Source of the DNA: Candidatus Krumholzibacteriia bacterium
Lineage (GTDB): Bacteria; Krumholzibacteriota; Krumholzibacteriia; Krumholzibacteriales; Krumholzibacteriaceae
Length of the DNA: 64,000 bases
NCBI GenBank assembly: GCA_025453655.1
Contig: JALOPX010000001.1
Span: 1,376-65,375, forward strand
Reading direction: 5' to 3'
Shown here piece after piece: positions 36,848 to 46,885 of the stretch. Below the pieces are notes generated by a model. That model was not told the origin of the DNA and made no database searches. It saw only the letters and a list, made by a program, of their open reading frames with translations. The translations under genes and the position numbers were made by a program. The first letter of the stretch is position 1; each line of letters begins with the position of its first letter.

Positions 36848-37705
36848 TTACGCCAGTATGTCGATCCCCATGCGCGAGAGTATCCCCTCGAGCTCGTCCC
36901 CCGAATAATACTCGATGAGGATCGCTCCTCCCTTTTTCCTCGGCACGATGCGGGCCCTCGTGCCGAGCAGCAGTTCGAGCCTTTCCTCCAGCGCCGCGAT
37001 CTGCGGATCGGCTTTTCTATGCCCTCTCGGTTTTTTTCTTTTGCCGTGAGGCCTCGCGGCGTCTTCCACCTCGCGCACGGTGAACCCGTCCTCGACCACC
37101 CGCCGCGCCCACTCTATCTGTTCCTTCTCTCCCTCGATCGAGAGGATCGCCCTCGCGTGACCGGCGCGGAGCTTGCCCTGTTCCAGAAGCGCTATCACCT
37201 CGGCGGGGAGGTTGAGAAGCCTGATCGTGTTCGCGACCGTGCTTCTCTCCTTTCCCAGAATATCCGCTATCTCCCTGGCGGGGATGTCGAACTCCTCCTG
37301 CAGGGCCACATACCCGCGCGCTTCCTCGATCGGGTTGAGATCCTCTCGCTGAAGATTCTCCAGGAGGGCGAACTTGAGCGAGTTGTCGTCGTCGACCCTT
37401 CTTACGATCGCCGGCACCGTCGCTTTTCCCGCGAGCTTCGAAGCCCTGAACCTGCGCTCTCCCACGACGAGCTGGTAACGCGCGCCGACCCTCCTTACCA
37501 CCACGGGCTGAAGAACGCCATGTTTCTTTATCGAAGCGGCGAGCTCGCGCAGTTGCTTCTCGTCGAAATGTTCCCTGGGCTGATTCGGATTCGGATCGAT
37601 CTCGTCGAGTTCGATATCCATGACCCGTTCCGTCTCGGATACGCTCTCCTTGAGGTTTTGTGGAATAAGAGCTTCCAACCCCCTCCCGAGAACCTTTTTT
37701 CTCAT
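36848..37705 (-). CDS. parB: Chromosome partitioning protein ParB (Spo0J)
   Basis: ParB box GERRFRA, an HTH region and the N-terminal LGRGLEALIP. Confidence 0.9.
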   Translation of the reverse strand: MRKKVLGRGLEALIPQNLKESVSETERVMDIELDEIDPNPNQPREHFDEKQLRELAASIKKHGVLQPVVVRRVGARYQLVVGERRFRASKLAGKATVPAIVRRVDDDNSLKFALLENLQREDLNPIEEARGYVALQEEFDIPAREIADILGKERSTVANTIRLLNLPAEVIALLEQGKLRAGHARAILSIEGEKEQIEWARRVVEDGFTVREVEDAARPHGKRKKPRGHRKADPQIAALEERLELLLGTRARIVPRKKGGAILIEYYSGDELEGILSRMGIDILA

Positions 37706-37706
37706 G

Positions 37707-38507
37707 TCACTCCGCCCTTCCGCGCCGGACGGGCTCTTTTTCCGAGCCTCCGTTTTGTTTGGAGATAAGTTCCCTGGCGAGTTCCAGATAACTTTTCGCG
37801 CCGGAACTTTCTATATCATAAAGGACGATCGGTTTCCCGAAACTCGGAGACTCGCTGAGCCTCACGTTGCGGGGAATGATGCTGTCGTAGACCTTCTCCC
37901 CGAAATACGAGATCGCCTCGCTGGCGACCTGGCTCGACAGCCTGAGCCTCTTGTCGAACATCGTCAGCAGCACCCCTTCTATCTTGAGATCGGGGTTGAG
38001 GTGTTTCTGAACCATCCTGATCGTGCTTAGAAGCTGGCTCAGCCCTTCCAGGGCGTAATATTCGCACTGTATCGGGATCAGCACCGAATCGGCCGCCGTC
38101 AGCGTGTTGACGGTGAGCAGCCCCAGGCTCGGCGGGCAGTCTATTATAAGGTAATCGTACCTGTCCCTGATTCCCGCAAGGGCCGCCTTCAATTTTCTCT
38201 CCCTTGCGATCTGGGATACGAGCTCTATCTCCGCCCCATTTAGTCGTGGATGAGAGGGGATAAGATCGACGAGGTCGGTTTTCCTGACCACCCCGGCCGC
38301 GTCCATTTCGCCTATAAGTACTTCATAAATAGTAGGTTCCCCTTCTTCCACCCTTATGCCCAGGCCGCTGCTGGCGTTCGCCTGCGGGTCGACGTCCACG
38401 AGCAGCACCTTCGCCTCCGCAACGCCGAGGCTGGCGCTGAGATTCACGGCTGTCGTCGTCTTGCCGACTCCGCCCTTCTGATTCGCTATGGCAATGATCT
38501 TTCCCAT
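37707..38507 (-). CDS. parA: Chromosome partitioning ATPase ParA (Soj)
   Basis: Deviant Walker [14 protein letters not shown]. Only 1 nt separates it from parB. Confidence 0.9.
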   Translation of the reverse strand: MGKIIAIANQKGGVGKTTTAVNLSASLGVAEAKVLLVDVDPQANASSGLGIRVEEGEPTIYEVLIGEMDAAGVVRKTDLVDLIPSHPRLNGAEIELVSQIARERKLKAALAGIRDRYDYLIIDCPPSLGLLTVNTLTAADSVLIPIQCEYYALEGLSQLLSTIRMVQKHLNPDLKIEGVLLTMFDKRLRLSSQVASEAISYFGEKVYDSIIPRNVRLSESPSFGKPIVLYDIESSGAKSYLELARELISKQNGGSEKEPVRRGRAE

Positions 38508-38555
38508 AAAATGTGGAGATTCTTTCTCCCCGTGATCCTTCCCTGCGAGACTCTC

Positions 38556-39755
38556 CTAGTAGGTGACTGGAGAGGCCGTAAGCCATGGATTGAAAAGGAC
38601 TTTCGGACCCGTCGCGACGTCGTCGCCGTCGAGTATGTAGTCCGCTATCTCGGTGCTGGTGATGTATCCCCAATAGTTCTCGGTGAAATCGAGATTTTCG
38701 TCGGCGAAATATTCGCTGAGGTAGGCACCGTACTGGTTCAGATAGATCGCGCAATTTTTCACCTGGGGAACCGAGCGCCCCGAAACCCTGAATCCGCCGA
38801 AGTATGTATTGTTGGATACGTTACAGTATTGGATGTCGGCCTGCGGCGAGTTCCCGCCTCCACCTATCCACACTCCGTAATTCCCGTTGTAGCGCACGGT
38901 CGAATTTCTAATTATGGTATGTGAATCGTTCGTCCTGATTCCACCGCCGTTTTCCCATATCTTGCATCCGGTTATATCGACCGAGGCGCTGTCTGCGGCC
39001 AGTATCCCGAGATCGCACGATACTATCGTGCATGTATCTATCTCGACGCTTGCGTTGTTCTCGACGCTGATCGCGGTGATGGCTCCGCTGATATTGGCGT
39101 GCCTTATGATCCCGGCCGCGTCCGCCCCGGCGAAGTAGATCCCGGTCCATGCGCCGGCCGTTATCTGGCAGGAATTCGACTTGATTGTCACCGGGTTCGA
39201 TTCCGTCCCGAGGATCTGCATGGTGCCGGCGACGGAGAATCCTCCGTTCTCATTGGCGAATACGATCGTCACGCCGTCATGCAGGATCAGGGTCGTGCGA
39301 AACCCGACCTGCAGCGGAACCAGGGAGCTGACTATGTAAAAAGAGCCGTTATCGTCGATTTCGGCATCCCCTGGAAGAAGAACAAGTTCTTGTCCTACAA
39401 CAAGATCTTCCGTTATTGTGCTCTCCTCGATCTCGTCGGTCACAATCAGCGTGACCTTGTATATCCCCGCCGTCTGAGGGGCCACCCATTGCACGCACTG
39501 GCCGGCCCCGTCGGACGGGGTGAATGTCCCGTGCGCGGAGGTCCACCTGTAGGAGATCGGGTCCCCGTCCGCGTCCTCGCCCGAGCCACACAATGTAATC
39601 GGTTTCCCGGTACCCAGATAGCAGACATTCTTTTCGATTTCGAGATTCCCCGGAGGGGTGTTCTTGAAATCGAGGCTCTCATCGCAGCCCGCAATAACCG
39701 CCAGGATTGCCGGCAAAACCCATAACCGCTTTAATATGAATGTGATGGATCGCAT
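38556..39755 (-). CDS. Lipoprotein with a PKD-like domain and right-handed parallel beta-helix (PbH1) repeats
   Basis: Lipobox MRSITFILKRLWVLPAILAVIAGC. A PKD-like segment (ISYRWTSAHGTFTP..YKVTLIVTDE). Repeated NxSGxxxxI, Asn-ladder beta-helix repeats (NISGAITAISVENNASVEID..). Confidence 0.65.
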   Translation of the reverse strand: MRSITFILKRLWVLPAILAVIAGCDESLDFKNTPPGNLEIEKNVCYLGTGKPITLCGSGEDADGDPISYRWTSAHGTFTPSDGAGQCVQWVAPQTAGIYKVTLIVTDEIEESTITEDLVVGQELVLLPGDAEIDDNGSFYIVSSLVPLQVGFRTTLILHDGVTIVFANENGGFSVAGTMQILGTESNPVTIKSNSCQITAGAWTGIYFAGADAAGIIRHANISGAITAISVENNASVEIDTCTIVSCDLGILAADSASVDITGCKIWENGGGIRTNDSHTIIRNSTVRYNGNYGVWIGGGGNSPQADIQYCNVSNNTYFGGFRVSGRSVPQVKNCAIYLNQYGAYLSEYFADENLDFTENYWGYITSTEIADYILDGDDVATGPKVLFNPWLTASPVTY

Positions 39756-39943
39756 TTCTTTCTCCTTGTCAACCGGCGGGGCTTGCCTCATTATAGGAAG
39801 GAGTGCGGCGGAAAGCAATCAAAAACTGCTCGGGAGCTGGGCGCTCCTGCGGCCCGCCGATGAAGCACAATCGAAATAATGCCTTTCGCGACAAAGTGTT
39901 CCGGAGATCCTGAAAGATTTCAGCGCCGGCTGTTCGAGGAAAA

Positions 39944-39959
39944 AGTTTCACGTGAAACG
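39944..39959. promoter_or_regulatory. parS centromere-like site 1
   Basis: AGTTTCACGTGAAACG matches the canonical parS TGTTTCACGTGAAACA at 14 of 16 positions, with a perfect 14-bp palindromic core. It lies between rsmG and the parAB-side operon. Confidence 0.75.
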
Positions 39960-40029
39960 GCTTTGTCCGTTATGCGAAATGAAGAAACGGGGGCGTGGGG
40001 ATTATCTTTGCGGAGGCGGATGGAGCCTT

Positions 40030-40051
40030 CGCCGTTTCACGTGAAACGGCG
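40030..40051. promoter_or_regulatory. parS centromere-like site 2
   Basis: CGCCGTTTCACGTGAAACGGCG is a 22-bp perfect palindrome containing the parS core GTTTCACGTGAAAC. It lies 75 bp from site 1. Confidence 0.75.
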
Positions 40052-40074
40052 AAGGCCGGGATTCGGCCCGGGAA

Positions 40075-40737
40075 TTATTTTCTGAATGCGACGAGAGCCC
40101 CCCTGTTCCCTTCGATCGTCTCCTCTTTCAGGAATTTCATCCCGGGGGCTTCTTCCTTCTCGAGCTCCCATCTCCAGTCCTTTTCCTTGACCGTGATGTA
40201 GAGTCCGCCCGGCTCGAGGAGTTTCGCGGCTATGGGAAGCATCTTCCCGAGTCTCCCCGCCGCCTTCGACGTCACGATGCGGTATAACCCCGGGATCTCG
40301 TCCTTTTCGGCGTCGCGCCGGACGATTTCCAGGCCGTCGAGCTTCAGCGAAAGGGCAAGCCTTTCGAGAAATGTGGCGGCTTTTTCTTTTCTCTCGACGA
40401 GGGTGACGGGAAGGCCGTCATCTACGATTTTCCAGACGAAGCCCGGGAAGCCGAATCCGGTCCCGATATCTATAACGGGGCCCGCGAATGCTCCCGGCCC
40501 TTTCTTCTCTGCAAGGAGTTCCCTGGCGAACAGCAGCATCGCGAGAGAATCGCTTATCTGGTCTGCAATGGTCTTTTCGGTATCATTCCTTCCGAATATA
40601 TGAATGACTTTGTTCCACTTTACTTGTTCGCCGATAAAGAGATGCAGCTTCCCGAGCGCCCCGGGGGAAAGTTCGCCGGGCCAGCGGGAAAGGACTGTAT
40701 CAAGGACTTTCCTGATTGTTTCGTCCCGCTCCATCAT
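40075..40737 (-). CDS. rsmG: 16S rRNA (guanine527-N7)-methyltransferase
   Basis: GidB family with a SAM-binding motif (IDIGTGFGFPG). ATGA overlap with the mnmG stop. Confidence 0.85.
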   Translation of the reverse strand: MMERDETIRKVLDTVLSRWPGELSPGALGKLHLFIGEQVKWNKVIHIFGRNDTEKTIADQISDSLAMLLFARELLAEKKGPGAFAGPVIDIGTGFGFPGFVWKIVDDGLPVTLVERKEKAATFLERLALSLKLDGLEIVRRDAEKDEIPGLYRIVTSKAAGRLGKMLPIAAKLLEPGGLYITVKEKDWRWELEKEEAPGMKFLKEETIEGNRGALVAFRK

Positions 40738-42692
40738 CCTCTCCCCTGCTCCTGTGGCTCAGCGTCTCCCGGCCAGTCCCTTGCCGGCCGATCCGATTTT
40801 CTCCCGAGGAAAACCATCAGGATCGAGAGATCGGAATTTCTGACCCCTGATATCCTCGAGGCCTGACCGAGGGTTTCCGGCCTGAACTTCCTCAATTTTT
40901 CCCTCGCCTCCGTGCTGAGCGCCCCGATATCGTAATTGAAATCTTCAGGGATCCTCATCTTGTCCATCACCACGATCCTCTGAGCCGTTCTTTTCTGCCT
41001 TTTTATGTATCCATCGTACTTTATGCCGATATTCAGCATCTCGATCTCGCGCGGCTCCAGCCCCAGAAGCCCGCCGGGCAATGCTTTTTCCACCTCTCCG
41101 AGGCTCACTCCCGGCCTTTGAAGGAGCCTGATGGCTCTGCTCGTCTCGATCGCGGCCCCCTTTTCTTCCCCGTCCCCTCCCGGGAGCCCCTCCGCGGCCC
41201 TCCGCAATATGCCGGCTGCATCGGCTGCCTGAACCTGCTCGCGTACCAGCCTTCTTCGGGCAGCTTCGACCCTTTTCCTTCTTCTCATCATCCCGGCCCA
41301 CAAATCCCTGTCGATCAGGCCGAACCTCACGCCGAATCTGAAGAGCCTCTCGTCGGCGTTATCCTGCCTGAGAAGGAGCCGGTGCTCCGCCCTCGATGTA
41401 AACATCCTGTAAGGTTCGTCAATTTCCTTGGTTATAAGGTCGTCGATCAGGACTCCGGCATACGCCTGGTGCCTTCCGGGCGCGAACGGGGCCTCTCCGC
41501 GCAGCGAGAGGACCGCGTTTATCCCCGCTATGATCCCCTGCGCGGCGGCCTCCTCGTACCCCGAGGTCCCGTTCACCTGTCCGGCCATGTAAAGGCCTGT
41601 TATCCTTCGCGATTCCATTGTCGAGTGTATCTGGTGGGGCGGGAAGAAATCATATTCGATGGCGTAGCCGTACCTGACGATCTCCGCAGCCTCGAGGCCG
41701 GGAACGGTCCTCAGCATCCCCATCTGTACGTCGCGCGGGAGGCTCGTGGAAAGCCCGTTTACATATATCTCTTCGCTGTCGAGCCCCTCCGGCTCAAGAA
41801 ATACCTGGTGCCGGTTCTTGTGCGCGAATCTTACTACCTTATCCTCTATCGAGGGGCAATATCTCGGCCCGATACCCTTGATCTGCCCGGAAAAGAGTGG
41901 AGATCTTCCTATGTTCTTTCTGATTATTTCGTGCGTATCGGTGTTAGTGTATGTGATATAACAAGATACCTGCTTGACATCCAGCCTTTCCGTGCGGAAG
42001 GAAAAGGGCTCCGGATTCTCGTCCCCCGGCTGTTCCTCGCATCTCGAAAAGTCGATGCTGCGCTTTGCCAGCCTTGCGGGGGTCCCGGTCTTGAGCCTCT
42101 TCCTTTCGATCCCGAGGGCCGCGAGATCGTCGGACAATCTGCAGGAGGGCGGTTCGCCCTCCCTTCCCCCCTGAATCTTCGTTTCCCCAATGTGCATCAG
42201 GCCGTTCGGGAATGTGCCGAGCCCCAGGATCACCCTCTTTGCCTTTATGAATCCGCCCCCCGAAACGCCGATCCCGCGCACCGATCCTCCCTCGACGACG
42301 AGCTTCTCCACCTCGGCCTCGAGGATATCGAGCCCTGCCTGCTCCTCGAGAGCCCTGAGCATCCTGATGTGATACCGTTTCTTATCCGCCTGCGCGCGGG
42401 GCGACCATACGGCCGGGCCCTTCGCCCTGTTCAGCATCCTGAATTGTATCCCGGCATGGTCGATACAAAGCCCCATCTCTCCCCCGAGGGCGTCGACCTC
42501 CCTGACGAGCTGCCCCTTGGCGAGCCCCCCGATTGCGGGATTGCAAGGCATTCGCGCGATATCGGAGATATGGATCGTCGCCAGCAGGGTCGTCATTCCC
42601 ATCCTGGCCGACGCAAGAGCCGCCTCGCAGCCGGCATGCCCCGCTCCCACCACGGCAACATCATATTCACCATCCGTCCTATCGATAATCAT
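40734..42692 (-). CDS. mnmG: tRNA uridine 5-carboxymethylaminomethyl modification enzyme MnmG (GidA)
   Basis: FAD-binding GxGxxG (DVAVVGAGHAGCEAA) and a conserved GidA C-terminus. Confidence 0.9.
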   Translation of the reverse strand: MIIDRTDGEYDVAVVGAGHAGCEAALASARMGMTTLLATIHISDIARMPCNPAIGGLAKGQLVREVDALGGEMGLCIDHAGIQFRMLNRAKGPAVWSPRAQADKKRYHIRMLRALEEQAGLDILEAEVEKLVVEGGSVRGIGVSGGGFIKAKRVILGLGTFPNGLMHIGETKIQGGREGEPPSCRLSDDLAALGIERKRLKTGTPARLAKRSIDFSRCEEQPGDENPEPFSFRTERLDVKQVSCYITYTNTDTHEIIRKNIGRSPLFSGQIKGIGPRYCPSIEDKVVRFAHKNRHQVFLEPEGLDSEEIYVNGLSTSLPRDVQMGMLRTVPGLEAAEIVRYGYAIEYDFFPPHQIHSTMESRRITGLYMAGQVNGTSGYEEAAAQGIIAGINAVLSLRGEAPFAPGRHQAYAGVLIDDLITKEIDEPYRMFTSRAEHRLLLRQDNADERLFRFGVRFGLIDRDLWAGMMRRRKRVEAARRRLVREQVQAADAAGILRRAAEGLPGGDGEEKGAAIETSRAIRLLQRPGVSLGEVEKALPGGLLGLEPREIEMLNIGIKYDGYIKRQKRTAQRIVVMDKMRIPEDFNYDIGALSTEAREKLRKFRPETLGQASRISGVRNSDLSILMVFLGRKSDRPARDWPGDAEPQEQGRG

Positions 42693-42746
42693 TCTTGATA
42701 TGCTTTCATATTGTTATGGTTCAGATGGTTATAATAGTTTTCCACG

Positions 42747-44225
42747 TCATTTCCCGATGCAGAATCGCGAAAATATCGTATCGAGAAGGTCTGCCGCGGT
42801 TGACCTGCCCGTCACCCTCCCGCATGCGTCGATCGCCTCCCTGAGCTCGAGGCTTATGATCTCCGCCCCCTTTTCGCCGGAAAGCTCCTTCTCCACCCTG
42901 CCGAGCGCCTCCATCGCCTCTCTCAGGGCCGCTGCCTGCCGCGCGTTAAGAGCGATCCTCTCCCCGCCGATCCTGGACACCTCTCTCCCAACCGTTCTTT
43001 CGAAGATCATCCTTTTCAGCTCTTCGAGCCCCTCTCCGGTGAGCGCAGAGACGGAGACGATCCTCGTCGGATCGATCCCTGCCCCCGCCTCCGCCGCGGG
43101 GAAATTATCCCCCGGCGCCTTTCGCGGAGCTTCGGAGGCCGGAACCTTCGAGCCCGCAGCCTTGTGGCCCGCGGCCTCAGGAGAGGAATCCTTCTCCCCG
43201 GCAACCCGATGCGGACCGGGGACGAGATCCGCCTTGTTGAGCACCGTTATGCTCTCCCTGCCGCCCGCGAGGGCGAGCTCCCTCGCCGTGCCCTCGTCGA
43301 TCTCCACGCTTCCGTCGATGACGAAGAGAACAAGATCGGCGTCCTCGGCCGCCCTCCTTCCCATCGATATCCCGCGCGCCTCGATCTCGCACCCCGTCTC
43401 CGCGATCCCTGCCGTGTCCTCCAGGTAATATGTGAAGCCCCCCATGTGAATCCGTTCCCGGAGAAGATCCCGGGTCGTCCCCGGGACGGGGGAGACGATC
43501 GCCCTCTCCTCCCCGATCAGCGCGTTGTAGAGGCTGCTCTTCCCGGCGTTTCTCGGGCCGAGGATCGTGATTCGTATGCCGCGCCTCAATTTCTTCCCCG
43601 CGACCTCCGACTCGAGGAGGCCGGCCAGGCTTCTTTTCGCCCCGGCCACGATCGCGCCGAGGCCGGCCCCGTCCCACGTCTCGATCTTCTCTTCCGAGAA
43701 ATCGATCGACACCTCGACCAGCGCGAGCTGCTCCATGAGAATCTTTTCGATCCCCGCGATCCTCTCCGACAGCGCCCCCTCTAGGTGTTCCAGGGCCACG
43801 ATGCTCTGAAGCCTCGTCTCGGATGATATTAGATCGGCGACCGCCTCGGCCTGAACGAGATCGAGGCGGCCGTTGAGATAGGCTCTTTTGGTGAATTCCC
43901 CGGGGCCCGCCGGGACGGCTCCCCTGGCGAGTGCGTCCTCGATGATCGCGGACACGACCTGCATGCTGCCGTGGCAGTATATCTCCGCCACATCCTCGCC
44001 CGTATATGAATCGGGAGCCTTCATGATGACGGCGAGGGCGTCATCCATCGGCTCCCTTTCGATGTTTCTCAGTATCGCCCGGTGGATCGTGTGCGATTCC
44101 CAGCGCCCTGCGGCCGTCGCCATGGCGCGCATGATCGGCGCCGCTTCCGGGCCGGAAATCCTGATCACCGCGATCCCCGATTCCCCGGGGGGCGTGCTCA
44201 GGGCCACAACCGTGTCGCCGTTCAT
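42747..44225 (-). CDS. mnmE: tRNA modification GTPase MnmE (TrmE)
   Basis: G1 GPRNAGKSSL, G4 NKAD and C-terminal CIGK. Contains a ~40-aa Ala/Pro/Gly-rich insertion between G4 and G5. Confidence 0.9.
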   Translation of the reverse strand: MNGDTVVALSTPPGESGIAVIRISGPEAAPIMRAMATAAGRWESHTIHRAILRNIEREPMDDALAVIMKAPDSYTGEDVAEIYCHGSMQVVSAIIEDALARGAVPAGPGEFTKRAYLNGRLDLVQAEAVADLISSETRLQSIVALEHLEGALSERIAGIEKILMEQLALVEVSIDFSEEKIETWDGAGLGAIVAGAKRSLAGLLESEVAGKKLRRGIRITILGPRNAGKSSLYNALIGEERAIVSPVPGTTRDLLRERIHMGGFTYYLEDTAGIAETGCEIEARGISMGRRAAEDADLVLFVIDGSVEIDEGTARELALAGGRESITVLNKADLVPGPHRVAGEKDSSPEAAGHKAAGSKVPASEAPRKAPGDNFPAAEAGAGIDPTRIVSVSALTGEGLEELKRMIFERTVGREVSRIGGERIALNARQAAALREAMEALGRVEKELSGEKGAEIISLELREAIDACGRVTGRSTAADLLDTIFSRFCIGK

Positions 44226-44935
44226 GACCTTTCTTTTGGCTTGCTGAAGCGGTTTTTTCGTTCGCCGCCGTGCTCCGGCGAGACGAAGACCTTCCTCATC
44301 TCCCCGTTCCCCACCGTGTAAGTCGAAATCCCCTCGATCTCCGAGAGGGCCATATGCACGATTCTTCTCTCCGAGGCCTTCATCGGCTCGAGGCCGACCT
44401 CCCTCTTCGATTTTTTCGCTCTTTCGGCGGCCTTTACCGCCTTCTGCTTCAGGATCTCCTGGCGGTTCTTGAGGTACCCGCCGACGTCGAGGGTCAGGCG
44501 CTGATACCCGCCGAGCTTGCGCGACACTATCCTGCCGACAAGGTGCTGGAGGGAATTGAGCGTATCCCCCTTGCGCCCGATCAGGAGCCCGTCTACCCCC
44601 GCCGTCTCGATATTGATGTATGTCGTGTCGTCGAGCGTGTCGGAAAATATCCTGTAGTTTATGTCGAGGCAGTCCATGATAAGCTTCGTGACGCTGTCGG
44701 CGACCTCTTCGACCCCTGCCGAGCCTTTTTTAAGGGCGACCCGTATCTTCGCCTCTTTCGATCCGAAGATGCCGAGAACCCCCTTCTGCCCAGGCTCGAG
44801 GATCTCGATGTCGACCTCCTCGACCTTTGCCCCGAGCTCCTCCAGGGCCGTCTCGAGCGCCTTTTCGACCGTCTTGCCCGTCGCTTCCGTGGATTTCTTT
44901 CGCTGCTCCGTTCTGGCTGTTTTGATCATATCCAT
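44222..44935 (-). CDS. jag: Jag/KhpB RNA-binding protein (Jag_N, KH, R3H)
   Basis: Jag N-terminal domain, KH-like region and C-terminal R3H. The yidC-jag-mnmE arrangement is conserved. Confidence 0.8.
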   Translation of the reverse strand: MDMIKTARTEQRKKSTEATGKTVEKALETALEELGAKVEEVDIEILEPGQKGVLGIFGSKEAKIRVALKKGSAGVEEVADSVTKLIMDCLDINYRIFSDTLDDTTYINIETAGVDGLLIGRKGDTLNSLQHLVGRIVSRKLGGYQRLTLDVGGYLKNRQEILKQKAVKAAERAKKSKREVGLEPMKASERRIVHMALSEIEGISTYTVGNGEMRKVFVSPEHGGERKNRFSKPKERS

Positions 44936-45051
44936 CCTTCAGCTCCTGTTCCCGTGGGTGATATTGTAGAATTTCATATTCCACCGGCTTCGTCGATCTT
45001 CCCCTGCCGGCGGCCGCACCCATACGGCCGTCGGGGGCTTCATTCGTTTTC

Positions 45052-46848
45052 TCATTCCGCTGGCGACGCGGCTTCGCCGGCCGCTTTTTCCTCCGCGTCG
45101 ATCGCTTTGTGCACGTAGTACTGCTGGACGATCGAAAGAACGTTGTTGACCAGCCAGTACAACACCAGGCCCGAGGGCATGCCGTAAAAGACGAAGGTGA
45201 AGACGATCGGCATCATCCACTGCATCATCTTCGTCTGGGCGTTCGGCAGATCCCCGCCCCCCATCCTCGACTGCACCACCATCGCCGCCCCCATCAATAT
45301 CGGAAGGAGGCGGAACTCGCTGCCCAGCAGGGGCAGGTTCAGCCCGAAATCAAAGAGTGCATCGGGCATCGACAGGTCGTTGATCCAGAGGGCAAACGGG
45401 GCGCCGCGAAGCTCGACCATGTTGCTGAGCACATTGAACAGCGCGATGAAGACGGGCATCTGCAGGAGCAGGGGCAGGCATCCCCCGAGGGGATTCACCC
45501 CCGACTCCTTGTACATCCTCATCGTTTCCTGGTTCAGCTTCTGCTTGTCGTTTTTGTACTTCTCCTGGATCTCCTTGAGCTTCGGCTGAAGCTTCTGCAT
45601 GTCCTTCATCGATTTGAGGCTCTTGTGAGTCAGCCTGTAGAAGACGACCTTGGTGAGGATCGACAGGATGATTATGATCCAGCCGTAATTCGGGATGAAC
45701 CTGTACATCCACGTCATCATCTTCAGGACGGGCACGCTGAAGAATCTCATGTGGCCGAGATCGATCGCCTTCTCGAGCCCCACCCCGTACCCCTTGAGCG
45801 CGTCCATCTCCTGGGGACCGAAATAGCATCGGAAGGATTCCTCGACCCTTTCGGGATCCCCGCGGAAAGGATATCGAAGCGAGTACCCGGTCTTTCCCGC
45901 CGCCCTGTCTCCCGTCGTCACGAGCGTGCCGCTGCGCTGCGCCCCGGGGATCAGGGCGCTGATGAAGTACCTCGACCTCGCGGCTCCCCAGAACACCGTG
46001 CCGTCATGTTCGAACATGCCGGTCTTGGCGAACTTGCCCGTGTCCTCCTTGTAGTATTCGTCCCCGACCCTTCCGAGGGAGGCGATCTTCTGCTTTTCCT
46101 GTTTTTCATTCTTTTCGTTCAGGGCGAGGCCCGGCTCCCAGGAAACGGCGTATCCGGCCGTGCGTGCCAGCTCTCCGTTTCTCTCCATGGCCACGGTCAA
46201 TTCCGCGTCGCCGGCGTCCCTTGAAAAGACGAACCTCTTGTCGACCGCTTCGCCGCCTCCCCCTCTCTTCGAAAAGAGGATCTCGGCCCGCGGCTCTCCT
46301 TCCGAAAGGACGATCTCCTCCCCGCCCGTCGCCGGCCTTCCGTTTATCGTGAGGTCGAAAATCGTTTCGGAAAAGCTTTTCCATTCGCCGTCCTTCTCGA
46401 CGGCAAGCGCCATCCCCCCACGCGCGCCCACGGGGACCAGCTCCACCGCGCCGCCGGCGGGCTTCTCGAATCCGGGGAGGCGCACGCTGGAAATCTCCGC
46501 GCCGCGGCTCGTCAGCGATACGATCATCCTGCCCGTGTCGACGGTGATTATTTTTTCCCGGGTGCCGGGGTCGTTCGCGAAGAAATCCGCCGATTCGGGC
46601 GGGGCGGCGTTCGTGCCCACCCCTTCGGTCGAATCGGCCGCGCCCGCGGTGTCGCCTTCCGCGGCTTCGGCCCTCGTCTCATCTCCGCGCCGTTCAGTGG
46701 CGGCGATCGAATCGGCCCGCGCTTTTTCGACCATCGCGGCCGACCTTCTCGCGGTCACTTCCTTCTGTCTCGGCCCGAGATAAAGGATCTGCCACGCGAG
46801 GAGGATTACGAAAGTAACGGCGATCGCCAGAAATGAACGTTTGTCCAT
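45052..46848 (-). CDS. yidC: Membrane protein insertase YidC
   Basis: N-terminal TM helix (MDKRSFLAIAVTFVILLAWQ), a large periplasmic domain and the C-terminal five-TM YidC/Oxa1 core (..GCLPLLLQMPVFIALF..). Start trimmed from 46914 to remove the overlap with yidD. Confidence 0.85.
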   Translation of the reverse strand: MDKRSFLAIAVTFVILLAWQILYLGPRQKEVTARRSAAMVEKARADSIAATERRGDETRAEAAEGDTAGAADSTEGVGTNAAPPESADFFANDPGTREKIITVDTGRMIVSLTSRGAEISSVRLPGFEKPAGGAVELVPVGARGGMALAVEKDGEWKSFSETIFDLTINGRPATGGEEIVLSEGEPRAEILFSKRGGGGEAVDKRFVFSRDAGDAELTVAMERNGELARTAGYAVSWEPGLALNEKNEKQEKQKIASLGRVGDEYYKEDTGKFAKTGMFEHDGTVFWGAARSRYFISALIPGAQRSGTLVTTGDRAAGKTGYSLRYPFRGDPERVEESFRCYFGPQEMDALKGYGVGLEKAIDLGHMRFFSVPVLKMMTWMYRFIPNYGWIIIILSILTKVVFYRLTHKSLKSMKDMQKLQPKLKEIQEKYKNDKQKLNQETMRMYKESGVNPLGGCLPLLLQMPVFIALFNVLSNMVELRGAPFALWINDLSMPDALFDFGLNLPLLGSEFRLLPILMGAAMVVQSRMGGGDLPNAQTKMMQWMMPIVFTFVFYGMPSGLVLYWLVNNVLSIVQQYYVHKAIDAEEKAAGEAASPAE

Positions 46849-46885
46849 CAACGACTTCCCTTCTGAAAAAGGCGTATCGGGCTTT

